From the NCBI RefSeq assembly GCF_009834535.1, contig NC_045697.1, positions 110,796,001 to 110,860,000 of the forward strand: a DNA stretch of 64,000 bases, written 5' to 3'. Below the pieces are notes generated by a model. The model did not search any database and was not told the DNA's origin. It saw only the letters and a program-made list of their open reading frames with translations. A program made the position numbers and the translations under genes. Positions 14,675-26,800 of this stretch are shown in pieces. Source of the stretch: Camelus ferus (lineage: Eukaryota). Positions within the stretch are counted from its first letter, which is position 1. The number at the start of each line of letters is the position of its first letter.

Positions 14675-15530
14675 TGTAATAAAAGAAGAAGTATATATTT
14701 GGCCTTTGTCTCCACTTCCTGGAGCTCCTAAAACCCTTATAATGTTCTAAATGATAGAAGTGATAGGAGCATCTCTTTTCATAATATTTGCTCTTGGTCT
14801 CTGATTCCTATACAAGAGCTTCTAAGACCCTTGGAATCTCCCCTGTGATAAGAATATCTTTATGTAAAGGACTGATGGTGGGGGCCCCCAGAGAGCTTCA
14901 GGTTGGTGCTACTTGCCAGAAGGGCTGAGGAATGATTAGAGGGTTGAATCTTTAATTAATCCCCAATGGCCAGTGGTTTAATCAAGCATGACCTATGCAA
15001 TAAAGCCTCATAAAATCCAAAGGGACTGGGTCTGGAGAGCTTCTGGGTTGGTGAAAACATTCATATGCCAGGAGGGTGGTGCGCTCAACTCCACAGAGAC
15101 AGAAGCTCCTGTCTCAGGATCTTTCTGGACCCCACTCTATATGCCTCTTCATCTGGGTGCTCCCTTGTTTCCTTTATAATAATACCCTTAATAATAAACT
15201 GATAAATATAAGTAAAGATTAAGTAACAAGTTAACAAGGATCTGTGAGCTGTTACAGCAAATTATCAAACCCTAGTAGGTTGTTACGGGAACTCCTGATT
15301 TATAGCCGGTTGGTCAGAAATAAAGGGACAACCTGGGACTTGGGACAGGCATCAGAAGTCCGGACCAGTCTTTTGCGACTGAATCCTTGACCTGTGGGGT
15401 CTGCTTTGACTCTGGGCAGTGTAAGAGTTTGATTAAATTATAGGACATCTAGTTGGTGTCTGCAGAGAATCAGAGAATTGCTTTGTGTGGAAAATCCACA
15501 TATTTGATGTCAGTGTGCGAGTGAAAACCA
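14675..15530 (+). mobile_element. MER21-like LTR
   Basis: gagctcctaaaaccctt...ctggagagcttctgggttggtgaa...aattataggacatctagttggtgtctgcagagaat. Confidence 0.75.
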
Positions 15531-15670
15531 ATTTATTAACATCTGAGAGTTAGTACTTCTTAAATCCATTCCTAGATTTTCCTCATCCTCCCTTCCATTT
15601 CCCCAAGTAACTACTGGTCATTCCCCTAAAGAAATTTTATTTAAAACACAAACTTCTTCCCTATTGTTTT

Positions 15671-15955
15671 TTTTCAGTTTTATAAAGTGATTTTTTTTTT
15701 ATTGAAGTATAGTCAGTTTACAGTGCTGTGTCAATTTCTGGTGCACAGCACAATTCCTCAGTCATACATGAACATACATATATATTCATTTTCATATTCT
15801 TTTTCACCGTAAGCTACTACAAGATATTGAATATAGTTTCCAGACCTACAGTATAAACTTGTTTATCTATTTTATATATACCAGTCCATATCTGCAAATC
15901 TCAATCTCCCAATTTATCCCTTCCCCCTTGGTAACCATAAGTTTCTGTTCTATGT
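15671..15955 (-). mobile_element. Short LINE-1 3' end
   Basis: Same 3' UTR as the copies at 3540 and 46320. Target-site duplication ccctattgtttt / ccctattctttt. Confidence 0.9.
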
Positions 15956-17346
15956 CCCTATTCTTTTTAACTAAAAGGCATTTCCTGATCTTGAAGGATA
16001 AAGAATTTTTATTGTTGGACAAGAAAGATGAAAAATAGGAGAAACATGGTACATAGGAAGTTTTTTCTCTACATGTGGGCAGCACTCAAAACACAAATGC
16101 CCCTTAATTGTTACAATTTTATTTTTACAATGAAAAAGGTTGTTAATAATCTTTTCCTAATACAGATTTTTTGGGGAAAAAAGAGATACTGAAAAGTGTT
16201 GAGAATAAAGTTTAGTTATGAACAAATATTCATAATTTTCTCCAGTCTTGATATTGCTGTGTTTTGGCTGACTAGGACGAATACAGAAGTGGATCTCTAG
16301 AATGCAGATACTTGGATGTGAATTTTCATTTTAGACATTTTCTGCATTATTGAGTCACATTTTGTGATTGAGAGCTTAGGGGTGAACAGGGTTTAAATGG
16401 ATTGAAATTTCAGCTTAATACTTAGGTTTCCATTTGATTTCCATAGATTTCAGGATTCCGTGATAAAGTATATACTTCAGTGACCAATGGGTGTACACAT
16501 GGAATTCCAGGGAACATGAGCAGTTTGAGGTAATAAACAAATCTGGTCTTAGAAACAGGAAAAAAAAGAGAGAGAGAGACCTAAGATGTCAAGATAGAAA
16601 TTTTCCTGCCACAACTCAGCTTCCTCTCCTCAAACATTACAGTCACTCCTCAAGGTCAAAAGTGAATTCTGGATTAAAAAAAAAGTCACACAAAAAGTTA
16701 AGAGGAATAAAATTGTAATGGAAACATACAAAATATTTTATAAAAACAATTTTAGAATAACTATTAGCAAACAATGCCTAGATTGTTTCGCATAGGTGGT
16801 TTGCTCATTTAATGTAGAAGTTTAATTCTACTGCCCATAGACTGTTCCTTCCATCTGTGGACGCTGGTATTTTCCAAATGTCAAGGAGAATTTTCTTTCT
16901 GCTTTCATATAGTAGTTTTCCACTAGAGGAAAACTGATGTATTTACCTATCTCTTAGAAGACACCATCTGTATTTATCAAACTTTGTGAACATTACAGGG
17001 ATCTGGGCTGTGTGCCTTGCTGAGATTTCTCCCGGTGACTTGCTATTAATGACCACATGCCAAAGACAGAGCCTTCTAAGTCCTACAAGTTTGAGGGGAA
17101 GGAGGTGAGGACACAGGACACTACTCACCACACGTAAATTCTCAGTTTGGCGAAGACAGTGTTGCCCAATTTGCGGACCACCCGAGTTCCTTTTCCTTGT
17201 TCTGCCATCTTTTTAGTGCTTTTGGCAAACTATACCAGATGGTGAGAGGAGGATTTTTTTAAAAATAGAAAGAAAACAAAATATTACTGAAAGTTTTTAG
17301 CTATGGTGCTTCTGAAAAATCTGATTTTAACTTCTGTGTGTAAATG

Positions 17347-17960
17347 TGATACAGGAAAAATGTGGGGCAAGAAGATGGCCACGTCCCAGGTCTTGATTGA
17401 GTCCCTGGCATGCATCCCACCAAGTGTGGGTCCTTGGCTTCATGCAGGAAAGAATTCAAGAGTGAGCCACAGTTGAGTAAAGGTAGATTTATTCAGAGAG
17501 ATACATACTCCATAGACAGAGTGCAGGCTGTTTCAGAAGGTGAGAGAAAGGCCACGAGGTGTGGGGTTGGGTGCTCAATTTAAAGTAAAAGCAGATACAC
17601 ACTCCATAGACAGAGTGCGGACCGTCTCACCCAGAAAGGAGAGGCCACAGGGTGTGGGGTTGTTAGTTCTTATGGGCTTGGTAACTTCATATGCTAACAA
17701 GTGGGAGGATTGATTCAACTACTTTGGGGAAGGGGGTGGGGTTCCCAGGAACTGGGCCATCACTCACCCTTTGACCTTTTCTGGTCACCCTTAAAACTGC
17801 CCTGGCACCTGTGGGAGTGCCATATAGCATCCTAGTGTATTTCAGTGAGCGTATATTGAAGCTCAGCGTCTAACTGGGACTTGAATCTCCCACCATCTTG
17901 GTGCTGATCGCTGTGTCATTCTTTTAATGGTTATGCCCTGTCCCCTTCCCTCCTGTCTCA
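17347..17960 (-). mobile_element. Solo ERV1-type LTR
   Basis: TG...CA ends (tgatacagg / cctgtctca), minus-strand AATAAA near 17490, near-TSD aatg/aata, and an internal tandem duplication. Confidence 0.8.
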
Positions 17961-18594
17961 AATAGAAACAGACATAATAGCTCTGCATATGTACCAATTA
18001 AGTGTTAATAGCAATTTAAATCTAGTTAAACAGAATATTTTTTCTTCAATTTGCAGTAACTGAAGGTTGGCTTCAACTCAGACATAGACTTAAGACGCTG
18101 TGATAGACAAGCAGGAGGGATGGCAAGGGAGAGGAAGTATGAAGGAGGGGTCCATTTCATTTTTTGAACTTAATTACTGATTGGATACTGATAAAGTTTA
18201 ACAACAGGCAAAAAAAAAAAAAACAAGTGTCCTGCATTATAGCTCAGGCTGCTTGACTTGGGGATACAGGCTTTTTTTAGACTGTTCTTATCAGTATTGC
18301 ATGAATCGCACCAATGTCTGTTCAAGGAGACGGTCCAGAGTCCAAGGAAATGCATGAGCTCCACCCCACAGAGCAACTCGAGTGCCCCTGGCTGGTGTGA
18401 ACAACTGAACTTTAGGAATGGATGAAAGTTCAGTCTTCAGATGGGTGAACAAGGACACAGGGAAGGCAGGCTCACGGCTCACAGTCATCCAACTGCTTCT
18501 GTTAGAGCTGAGACCAGAGTCTGCGCCCCCTTTTTGCTTCTCTAGGGTTGTTAATGGATCCCCTCACACTAAATTTCCAGGCGTCAAAATCACG

Positions 18595-19030
18595 TTAATA
18601 TCCTTGACAGAAGCCACTTTACCTCTGGTGTTCTTCCCCCAAACCCATAACCCAAGTCTAACTGTGGAAAAAACAAATCAGAGAAATACCACTGAGGGGG
18701 CATTCTACGAAATATCTGACCAGGACTCCTCAAAACAAGGTCACCAAACTAAGCAGAATCTGACAAGCCGTCACAGCCAAGAGGAGCTTAAGGAGATATG
18801 ACAGCTGAATGTAATGTGGTGTCTTGAAAGGGGTTTTAGGACAGAAAAAGGGGCCCTGGCAAAAAACTAAGAAAATCTGAATGAAGTATAAACTTTAGTT
18901 AATAATAATGACTAATAATGTATATTAGTTATTGAATTGTCACAAATGTACCATAATAATGTTAGATGTGAATGACAGGGGAAATTGAGTGTGGTGTATC
19001 AAAAACTCCTATAAAATTAAACATTTATTA
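18595..19030 (+). mobile_element. Old L1MC-type 3' region
   Basis: aaaacccataacccaagtcta...gaggagcttaaggagatatgacagctgaatgtaatgtgg...ttagttaataataatg. Confidence 0.7.
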
Positions 19031-19059
19031 AAATTATATTTATCAAATATAAAACAAAT

Positions 19060-19157
19060 ATGTGTGTGTATATATACCTGACTGGGACATTGCTGTACAC
19101 CAGAAATTGACACATTGTAACTGATGGTACTTGAGTTTTTTAAAAAGAGAAAAAAAT
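19060..19157 (+). mobile_element. Very short LINE-1 3' terminus
   Basis: tgactgggacattgctgtacaccagaaattgacacattgtaactga plus A tail; the reverse complement of the L1 ends elsewhere in the window. Confidence 0.8.
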
Positions 19158-19820
19158 TATATTTATCTATGACATGCATATCTACCTTTTTATTAAACAG
19201 AAATTTAAGCAGTTAGTTGTGAGTACAGTTATTATTGCCTATTGGCTTTATAGGAAAATCAAAACCAAATGTTTCCATGAAATAATGATCATGTTTGCCA
19301 AGATTCTGAAAATTTTGACTTTCATCTGGTTGTGAACTCATGCATTTTAAAGCCAGTTGCTGGCTGAAGTAGAAGGATAAATTTTCCAGACACACAGGGT
19401 AAATGTTTCCATATCAAGCTGATTGATGTTCATAATATTAATTTCCTCATTAGTAGATTTCAATTTCTTGCTAACCCTTTTATGTGAATCATTTATCATC
19501 TAGTTATGGAAAACTTTTAGGCTATAAAAGGATTAAAAATTTATAAAATTATATAGAATCAGAGAAAATATATCTTACTTACTGGTTCATCCTAAGAGAA
19601 ATAATGCTTATGAGCATTCATTTTTAAATTAATTGTTTTATTTGAGGTACTATACACTCACTTGTAGTTGTAAAAATATGATAGAGAAAAACTGAGCACC
19701 TTTCAGTTTTTCCCAAAGAGTTTTCCTGCCTAACTAGAGTGTAGAATCATCACCAAGAAAATGACATTGATACAGTCCACCAACCTTGTTCAGTTTTCAC
19801 CAGTTTTACATGCACTCGTT

Positions 19821-19842
19821 TGTGTGTGTGTGTGTGTGTGTG
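19821..19842 (+). repeat. (TG)n microsatellite
   Basis: Directly visible. Confidence 0.95.
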
Positions 19843-20370
19843 CATGAGCTTAATTTTATTCAATTTTGTCACTGGTGTAAAGTCATTTAACCATCATCAC
19901 AGTGCAGAGGAGGAAGAAGTTTTCCATGACTCTCTTTGCATTCCTGACTGGGTCTGAAAATTTTACTGACAGATTAACAATCAAAAAGCATACAAATTCT
20001 GCTGAATTTTTACAGATACTTGGGAGCCTTCATTAGAGAATGAAGACCTGAGGAAGTGACCAGAGAAGAGAGCTTTTATATCTTTAGTGAAGAACTGACA
20101 AGACAAAGGGCTCTGTCTAATAGTTCGTAATTTTATCCACTATATGACACTGCCTCTACTGTGTCAGATTCCAGAGCTACTCAGATCAACAACTCTCACA
20201 TCCCTCTGAAAGATTTTTGTAAGTCTGAATTAGTATCTACTAATTATGGTCCAAAACAATCAACATGTGGAAAGTAGTTTTATTAATTTAGTCATGAAAT
20301 ATTTATGGCATGTCTACAGACATGCTCCCCTACCCTAATATGGAACTTACATTTTGTGGGAGAGGCAGAC

Positions 20371-20445
20371 TATATATATATATATATATTTATATATATT
20401 TATATTTATGTTTATGTTTATATTTATAATTTATATTTATATATT
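20371..20445 (+). repeat. (TA)n / (TATATT)n microsatellite
   Basis: Directly visible. Confidence 0.95.
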
Positions 20446-21778
20446 TCTCCAAATCCTCTATCTACAATTCTAAAATCCAAGAGGCTCAGAAAACCAAAGA
20501 TACATATTTTTATAACTTGTTTGGTCACAATAGCTGTCTTGAACTGACATGAAGTTATCTACAGACTTTATTTAGTCTTGTTAGAAATTAACATTGATGA
20601 ATTTTATTATGGGATGGTGGCCCAGACCAGGGGTATTAAGGTGTTACAAATACACAGCAAATGCCTCACACTTTCTTTCTAAAATTTTTTTAAATGTGTT
20701 ATGTTGGAAGCACGTTTGTTCTCAAAGGTTCTGGCTAAGGAAATGTAAATCTGTATCATTGAATTCAAGTGGAACAGGTGCTATAGTGAGAAGTAGCATA
20801 ATGAAGGATGAGGGTATTCTTAAATAAGGTGCCATGGAAGGTGTGCCTGCGGGGCTGACACCTGAGTGAGATACAGGGCCGACGAGCCATGAAGAAGGAG
20901 CGTTCCAGGTGGAGGAGTCAGTGCAGGGCGGCGGGAGATAGATTTGAAGTTAAAGACGGGCCACAAGCCTTTAATCAAGAAGTAAAGTTATCAAGGTGTT
21001 TCCATTCCCTTCTTTCCACTAGTTACCTGTGTGCTCTTTAAGTCATTTCTGTGCCTCAGCTGAAGTCTCTAAAATGGTTTGTTGAGGGTTGCAAACACAG
21101 TACTGCCATCTTTTAGGCCTCGGGCATTGACACGGCTTCTTTGGAAACAGCAAAGAATTCCTCTTCTTCCATAAAATAAGACAGTGATGATATTGACATG
21201 GGTATGCTGAGCTGGAATATATGAAATGACACCTTAATATGTGATTTGAAGTCCTTTGGCAAAAATGATAATTTTTAAATGTAATATTGTGTCATAGTTT
21301 TTTAATTCAAGGAACATTCTGTAGATAAATCAAGGTTATTGTTCAAAATTACTGAATTCTAGTTTTTTCTTTTCCTTTTGTTAAATCACTTTGGTGGCTA
21401 GCATTTTCTGAAAGGCAGATTTCTGCTAAGTCAGTTAAATTTGCTTGACACTTTTCTACATCAGTTAGTCAGTTGCTTTGCATAGGATGCTCAGGTCCTT
21501 AATAAAGAAGATTTGTAGTCACTTATTAAATTAACACAAATCTGGAAAAGATAACATAATCTTTAAAATAAAATCCAGTTGGATTTAATGGAGAAGGATC
21601 TAATTCAATTAAAGTTCTATTCTGGAGACAGAATGATTCATTGATCACAAAGGGTAATCTTCTCTGATACATCTCTAGTTTTTTCCTGCTTTATTCAAAT
21701 GTTAATGCGAGAAGCCTCCTTCTTTCTTATTGTATTGCATATTTGCCCCAGCCTGGAAGTAATAAGATTACTTTAATG

Positions 21779-21834
21779 AGAAAGAAAGGAAGAAAGGAAG
21801 AAAGGAAGAAAGGAAGAAAGGAAGAAAGAAGAAA

Positions 21835-21888
<54 letters not shown>

Positions 21889-21970
21889 AGGAAAAAGGAA
21901 GAATGAAGAAAAAAAGAAGAAAGAAAGAGAAAAAAGAAGGGAGGGAGGGATGAGGAAACGGAAGGAAGGA
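21779..21970 (+). repeat. (GAAA/GGAA)n purine tract
   Basis: Directly visible. Confidence 0.95.
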
Positions 21971-22081
21971 TCCTCCGCCGTCTCTTTTCTTCCTTCTTCC
22001 TTCGTCCTTCCTTCCTTCTCTTCTTCCGCTCCCTCCCTCCTCTTTCCTCCCTCCTCCTCCTTCTTCCGGTCCCACCTTCTC
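21971..22081 (+). repeat. (CTT/CCTT)n pyrimidine tract
   Basis: Directly visible. Confidence 0.9.
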
Positions 22082-22634
22082 AGAGAAGGAGAAAGATTTC
22101 CCTGGCACTGACACCATCCAGCTGTGGTAGATTACTAACCCACATGCCTCTATCCCATTCCCCACCCTCAGTGTCTCTCCAAACTACTATGAAGAGTTTC
22201 CAAAGGGCCCTTATATGTGAACACAAGCAAGTCCTTTCAGCACGCAGGGCTTCCTGAACTCTGTGGTGCCCGCAGACCTGTGCTTTGTTATAGTTTTACC
22301 CACTGGGAGGGGGGCGGGCTCTGATTAGTTACCTAAAGGGATGGCCTCTGGAAGCTGGTGATGGATTGTTGTTGGCGAGGATGCCTCTGGCTATTAATAA
22401 CCCCTTCCCCCGCAAATGGTTCTCCAGCAGAGCCTTACAGTTGTGACAGTCCTGTGCTCAAGTGGGTTAATTCTTGCCACGTTTCCCCTTGACCTTAGAA
22501 AATGTCTCTGAACACCCAAAATGTCAGAGGCTTTGTGGTAAACACTTCCTTAATTTTATTCTTGCCGGGCAGACTTTTGTTTCTTTTTGACATAATTCAC
22601 AAGAGTCAGAAGGAGAAAACAAAACAAAATAGAC

Positions 22635-22898
22635 AACATTCGTTTTCTAGGGCTGCTGTAACGAGGTACCACAGACTCGATGGCTTAAACAACAGAAATT
22701 TGTTTTCTCACAGTTCTGGGGGCCAGAGGTCCAAGATCAAGGTGCCTGCAGGGTTGGTTTCTTCTGAGGCCTCTCTCCTTGACCGGTAACTAGACTGTCT
22801 TCATGTTCACACGGCGTGCTTCCTCTGTGTAACCCTGTCTCCAATATGTAATCCAGTCATATTGGATTAGGGCCCACCCTAATGACCCCATTTAACTT
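22635..22898 (-). mobile_element. MLT1A/B-like LTR fragment, interrupted
   Basis: ggcttaaacaacagaaattt...cacagttctgg...ccaagatcaaggtg...ggattagggcccaccctaatgacc; resumes at about 23390-23418. Confidence 0.8.
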
Positions 22899-23387
22899 TG
22901 AAGGGACTAAGAGCCCATCAAAGTCCTATAAATCTTACTTTAAACTGAAAATATTTGAACAGTCAACAACTGGGGAAAGAAACATTACCTAAACTTAAGC
23001 ATAGCCTTCTGAAAATATAGCTGCCATGTAGAGATTAGATAAACTCTGTCCACTGAGAGAGTTTCCTGTGTGGGACAAGACTGACCCTTGGCACCAGTAG
23101 TGCCATAAACCACCCGTTCTGAGGGAGCTTCCAGCCCATTTTCATCAGCAACGAAACACCTAATGGAACTTTCCATGCAATCCCAGTGAAGCCCTTAACT
23201 CCTCCCCTGACTTTTGTTATATTGGTACGCAAACCTTTACCTCTGTCTATTCAGTCACTGATGAGTGCTCCTGCACACATGTGAATAATCCTTGTCTTTT
23301 CTCCTGCTAATCTGTTGACAGTCAGTTAATTTGCAGACCCTCGACACTGGAACATAAGTTAGCAAAGGAAAAGTTTTTGTTCCAACA
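22899..23387 (+). mobile_element. MER34-like solo LTR nested in the MLT1
   Basis: tgaaggg...ccaaca (TG/CA ends) interrupting the MLT1 sequence. Confidence 0.6.
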
Positions 23388-23419
23388 ATTTTATCTACCT
23401 TTTTTAAAGGCCCTGTCTT

Positions 23420-23840
23420 TTTTCTTTAATTTTTAAGATTTTTTATTGAAGTGTAGTTGATTTACAATATTAGTTTTAGATGTACAGCAAAGCAATTCGG
23501 ATTTGTGTGTGTGTGTGTGTGTGTGCGCATGTGTGTATTTCAGATTCTTTTCCGTTACAGCTCATTATAAGAAATTGAATCTAGCTCCCTGTGCTTGCTA
23601 TATAGTAGGTCCTTGTTCTTTATCTATTCTCTATATAGTAGTGTGTATCTTTAAAAAGTTTTTTTTTTTTTATCAAAACTATAGTTGATTTACAATATTA
23701 GTTGAAGGAGTACAGCAGTGTGATTCAGTTATACATATACATACATCTGTATATTTTCTTTTCAGATTCATTTCCATTGTATGTTATTACAAGAAATTGA
23801 ATATAGTTCCCTGTGCTATACAGTAGGTCCTTGTTGTTTG
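23420..23840 (-). mobile_element. Two stacked LINE-1 3'-end fragments, one with a (TG)n tract
   Basis: The motif tagttgatttacaatattag...gttccctgtgctata...gtaggtccttgtt occurs twice, each time preceded by a T tract. Confidence 0.8.
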
Positions 23841-23850
23841 AGATGGCTGC

Positions 23851-26800
23851 TTTTTTTGTTAATTGAGTTATAGTCAGTTTACAATGTTGTGTCAATTTCT
23901 GATGTACAGCATAATTTTTCAGTCATACAGTGAATATACATATATTCATTTTCATATTCTTTTTCACTGTGAGCTACTGCAAGATTTCGAATGTATTTCC
24001 CTGTGCTACACAGCATAAACTTGTTTATTCTATATATACCTGTAAGTATCTAGAAATTTTGAAATCCCAGTCTGTCCCTTCCCTCCCCCCCCCCCCGCCC
24101 CGGCAACCACAAGTTTGTGTTCTATGTCTGTGAGTCTGTTTCTTCTTTATATTTAAGTTTGTTTGTCTTTTCTTTTTTTTAGATTCCACATATGAGTGAT
24201 ATCATATGGTATTTTTCTTTCTCTTTCTGGCTTACTTCACTTAGAATGACATTCTCCAGGGACTTCCATGTTGCTGCAAATGGTGTTATGTTGTCAGGTT
24301 TTATGGCTGAATAGTATTCCACTGTATAAATATACCACATCTTCTTTATCCAGCCATCTGTCGATGGACATTTAGGTTGTTTCCATGTCTTGGCTGTTGT
24401 ATATAGTGATGCTATAAACACTAGGGTGCATATGTATTTTCAAATTAGAATTCCCTCTGGATATATGCCCAGGAGTGGGATTGCTAGATCAGTAGGGTAA
24501 GTCTATTTTTATTCTTTTGAGGAATCTTCACACTATCCTCCATAATGGCTACACCAAACTGCATTCCCACCAGCAGTATAGGAGGGTTCCCTTTTCTCCA
24601 CAGCCTCTCCAGCATTTATTGTTTGTGAACTTTTAAATGATGGACATTCTGACTGGTGAGAAGTGATACCTCATTGTAGTTTTGATTTGCATTTCTCTGA
24701 TAATTAGCGATATTGAGCATTTTTTCATGTGCCCATTGGCCATTTGTATGTCTTCATTGGAGAATTGCTTGTTTAGGTCTTCTGACCATTTTTGGATTGG
24801 GTTATTTGTTTTTTTGTTATAAAGTTGTATGAGCTATTTATATATTCTGGAGATTAAGCCCTTGTCAGTCGCATCTTTTGCAAATATTTTCTCCCATTTC
24901 CTGGGTTGTCTTTCTGTTTTGCTTACGGTTTCCTTTGCTGTGCAAAAGCTTATAAGTTTAACTAGGTCCCATTTGTTTATTTTTGCTTTTATTTCTATTC
25001 CTTGGGTAGACTGCCCTAGGAGAATGTTGCTAAAATTTGTGTCAGATAAGGTTTTGCCTGTTTTCTTCTAAGAATTTCATAGTGGCTTGTCTTATATTTA
25101 AGTCTTTAAGCCATTTTGAATTTATTTTTGTATATGGTGTGAGGGAGTGTTCTAACTTCATTGACTTACATGCAGCTATCCAGTTTTCCCAACACCATTT
25201 ACTGAAGAGATTGTTTTTACTTCATTGTATATTCTTGCCTCCTTTGTCAAAGATAATTGACCAGAAGTCTGTGGGTTTATTTCTGGGCTCTCTATTCTGT
25301 TTTATTGATTCATATGTCTGTTTTTATGCCAATACCACACTGTTTTGATTACTATAGCTCTGTAGTATTGTCAGAAGTCTGGGACGGTTACTCCTCCAGC
25401 TTTCTTCTTTTTCTTCAGTATTGCTTTGGCAATTCTGGGTCTTTTGTGATTCCATATAAATTTTAGGATTATTTGCTCTAGTTCTGTGAAAAATGTGTTG
25501 GGTAATCTGATAGGGATTGTATTAAATGTGTAGATTGCTTTGGGTATATGGACATTTTGAAAATATTAATTCTTCCAATCCAAGAACATTTGATATCTTT
25601 CCATTTCTTTAAGTCATCATTGATTTCCTTAATCAATATTTTGTAGTCCTCCACATATGTCTTTCACTTCCTTGGTCAGATTTATTCCTACGTATTTTAT
25701 TTTTTCAGATGTGATTTTAAAAGGGATTGTTTCTTTCCTTTCCTTTTCTGACATTTCATTGTTAGTGTAAAGAAATGCCACTGATTTTTGTAAGTTAATG
25801 TTGTATCCTGCTACCTTGCTGAATTATTTTATCAGCTCTATTGGTTTTTGTGTAGAGCCTTTAGGGTTTTCCATATGTAGTATCATGTCATCTGCATATA
25901 GTGACCATTTTACCACTTCTCTTCCAATTTGGATCTTTTCTATTTTGTTTTCTTGTCTAATTGCTATGGCTAAGACTTCCAATAACCCCCTCCACCTGGC
26001 AACCACAAGACTATATTGAATAGAAGTAGTGAGAGTGGGCATCCTTGTTTCATTCTGACTTTAACAGGAAAGCTTTCAACTTTTCACCATTGAGTATTAT
26101 GCTGGCTGTAGGTTTGTCACAAATACCTTTTATTATGTTGAGATACGTTTTCTCTATACCCACTTTGGTAAGAGTTCAGATCATAAATGGGTGTTGAATT
26201 TTATCATAGTCTTTTTCTGCACCTATTGAGATGATCATGTGATTTTTGTCCTATCTCTTGTTGATATGGTGTATTACACTGATTGATTTGCATATGTTGA
26301 AACTTCCTTGTGTCCCTGCGATGAACCCATGTTGATCATGGTGTATAATCTTTTTTGTGTATTATTTGATTCTGTTTACTAATATTTTGTCAAGGATTTT
26401 GCATCTATGCTTATCAACAATATTGGCCTATTGTCTTCTTTTTTTGGTAGTGTCTTTGCTTGTCTTTAGTGTCATGATAATGGTGGCTTTATAGAATGAG
26501 TTTGGTAATATTCCCTTCTTGTCAAATCTTTTGGAAGAGTTTGAGAAGGATTGGTATGAGCTCTTTGTATGTTTGGTAGAACTCCCCAGTGAAACCATCT
26601 GGTCCTGGACTTTTGTTTGCAGGGAGATTTTGTTGTTGTTGTTTTTATTGCTGATTCTATTTCACTTCTAGTGATTGGTCCGTTCAAATGATCGATTTCT
26701 TCTTGATTTAGTTTTGGCAGACTGTATGTTTCTAGAAACTTTTCCATTTCTTCTAGGTTGTCCAATTTATTGCCATATAGTTGTTCATAGTATTTTCTTG

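Noticed and set aside
21743..22165. K/E/R-rich ORF that could be mistaken for the MAP9 C-terminal domain
   Set aside because: It is translated GAAA microsatellite, and on the wrong strand for MAP9.
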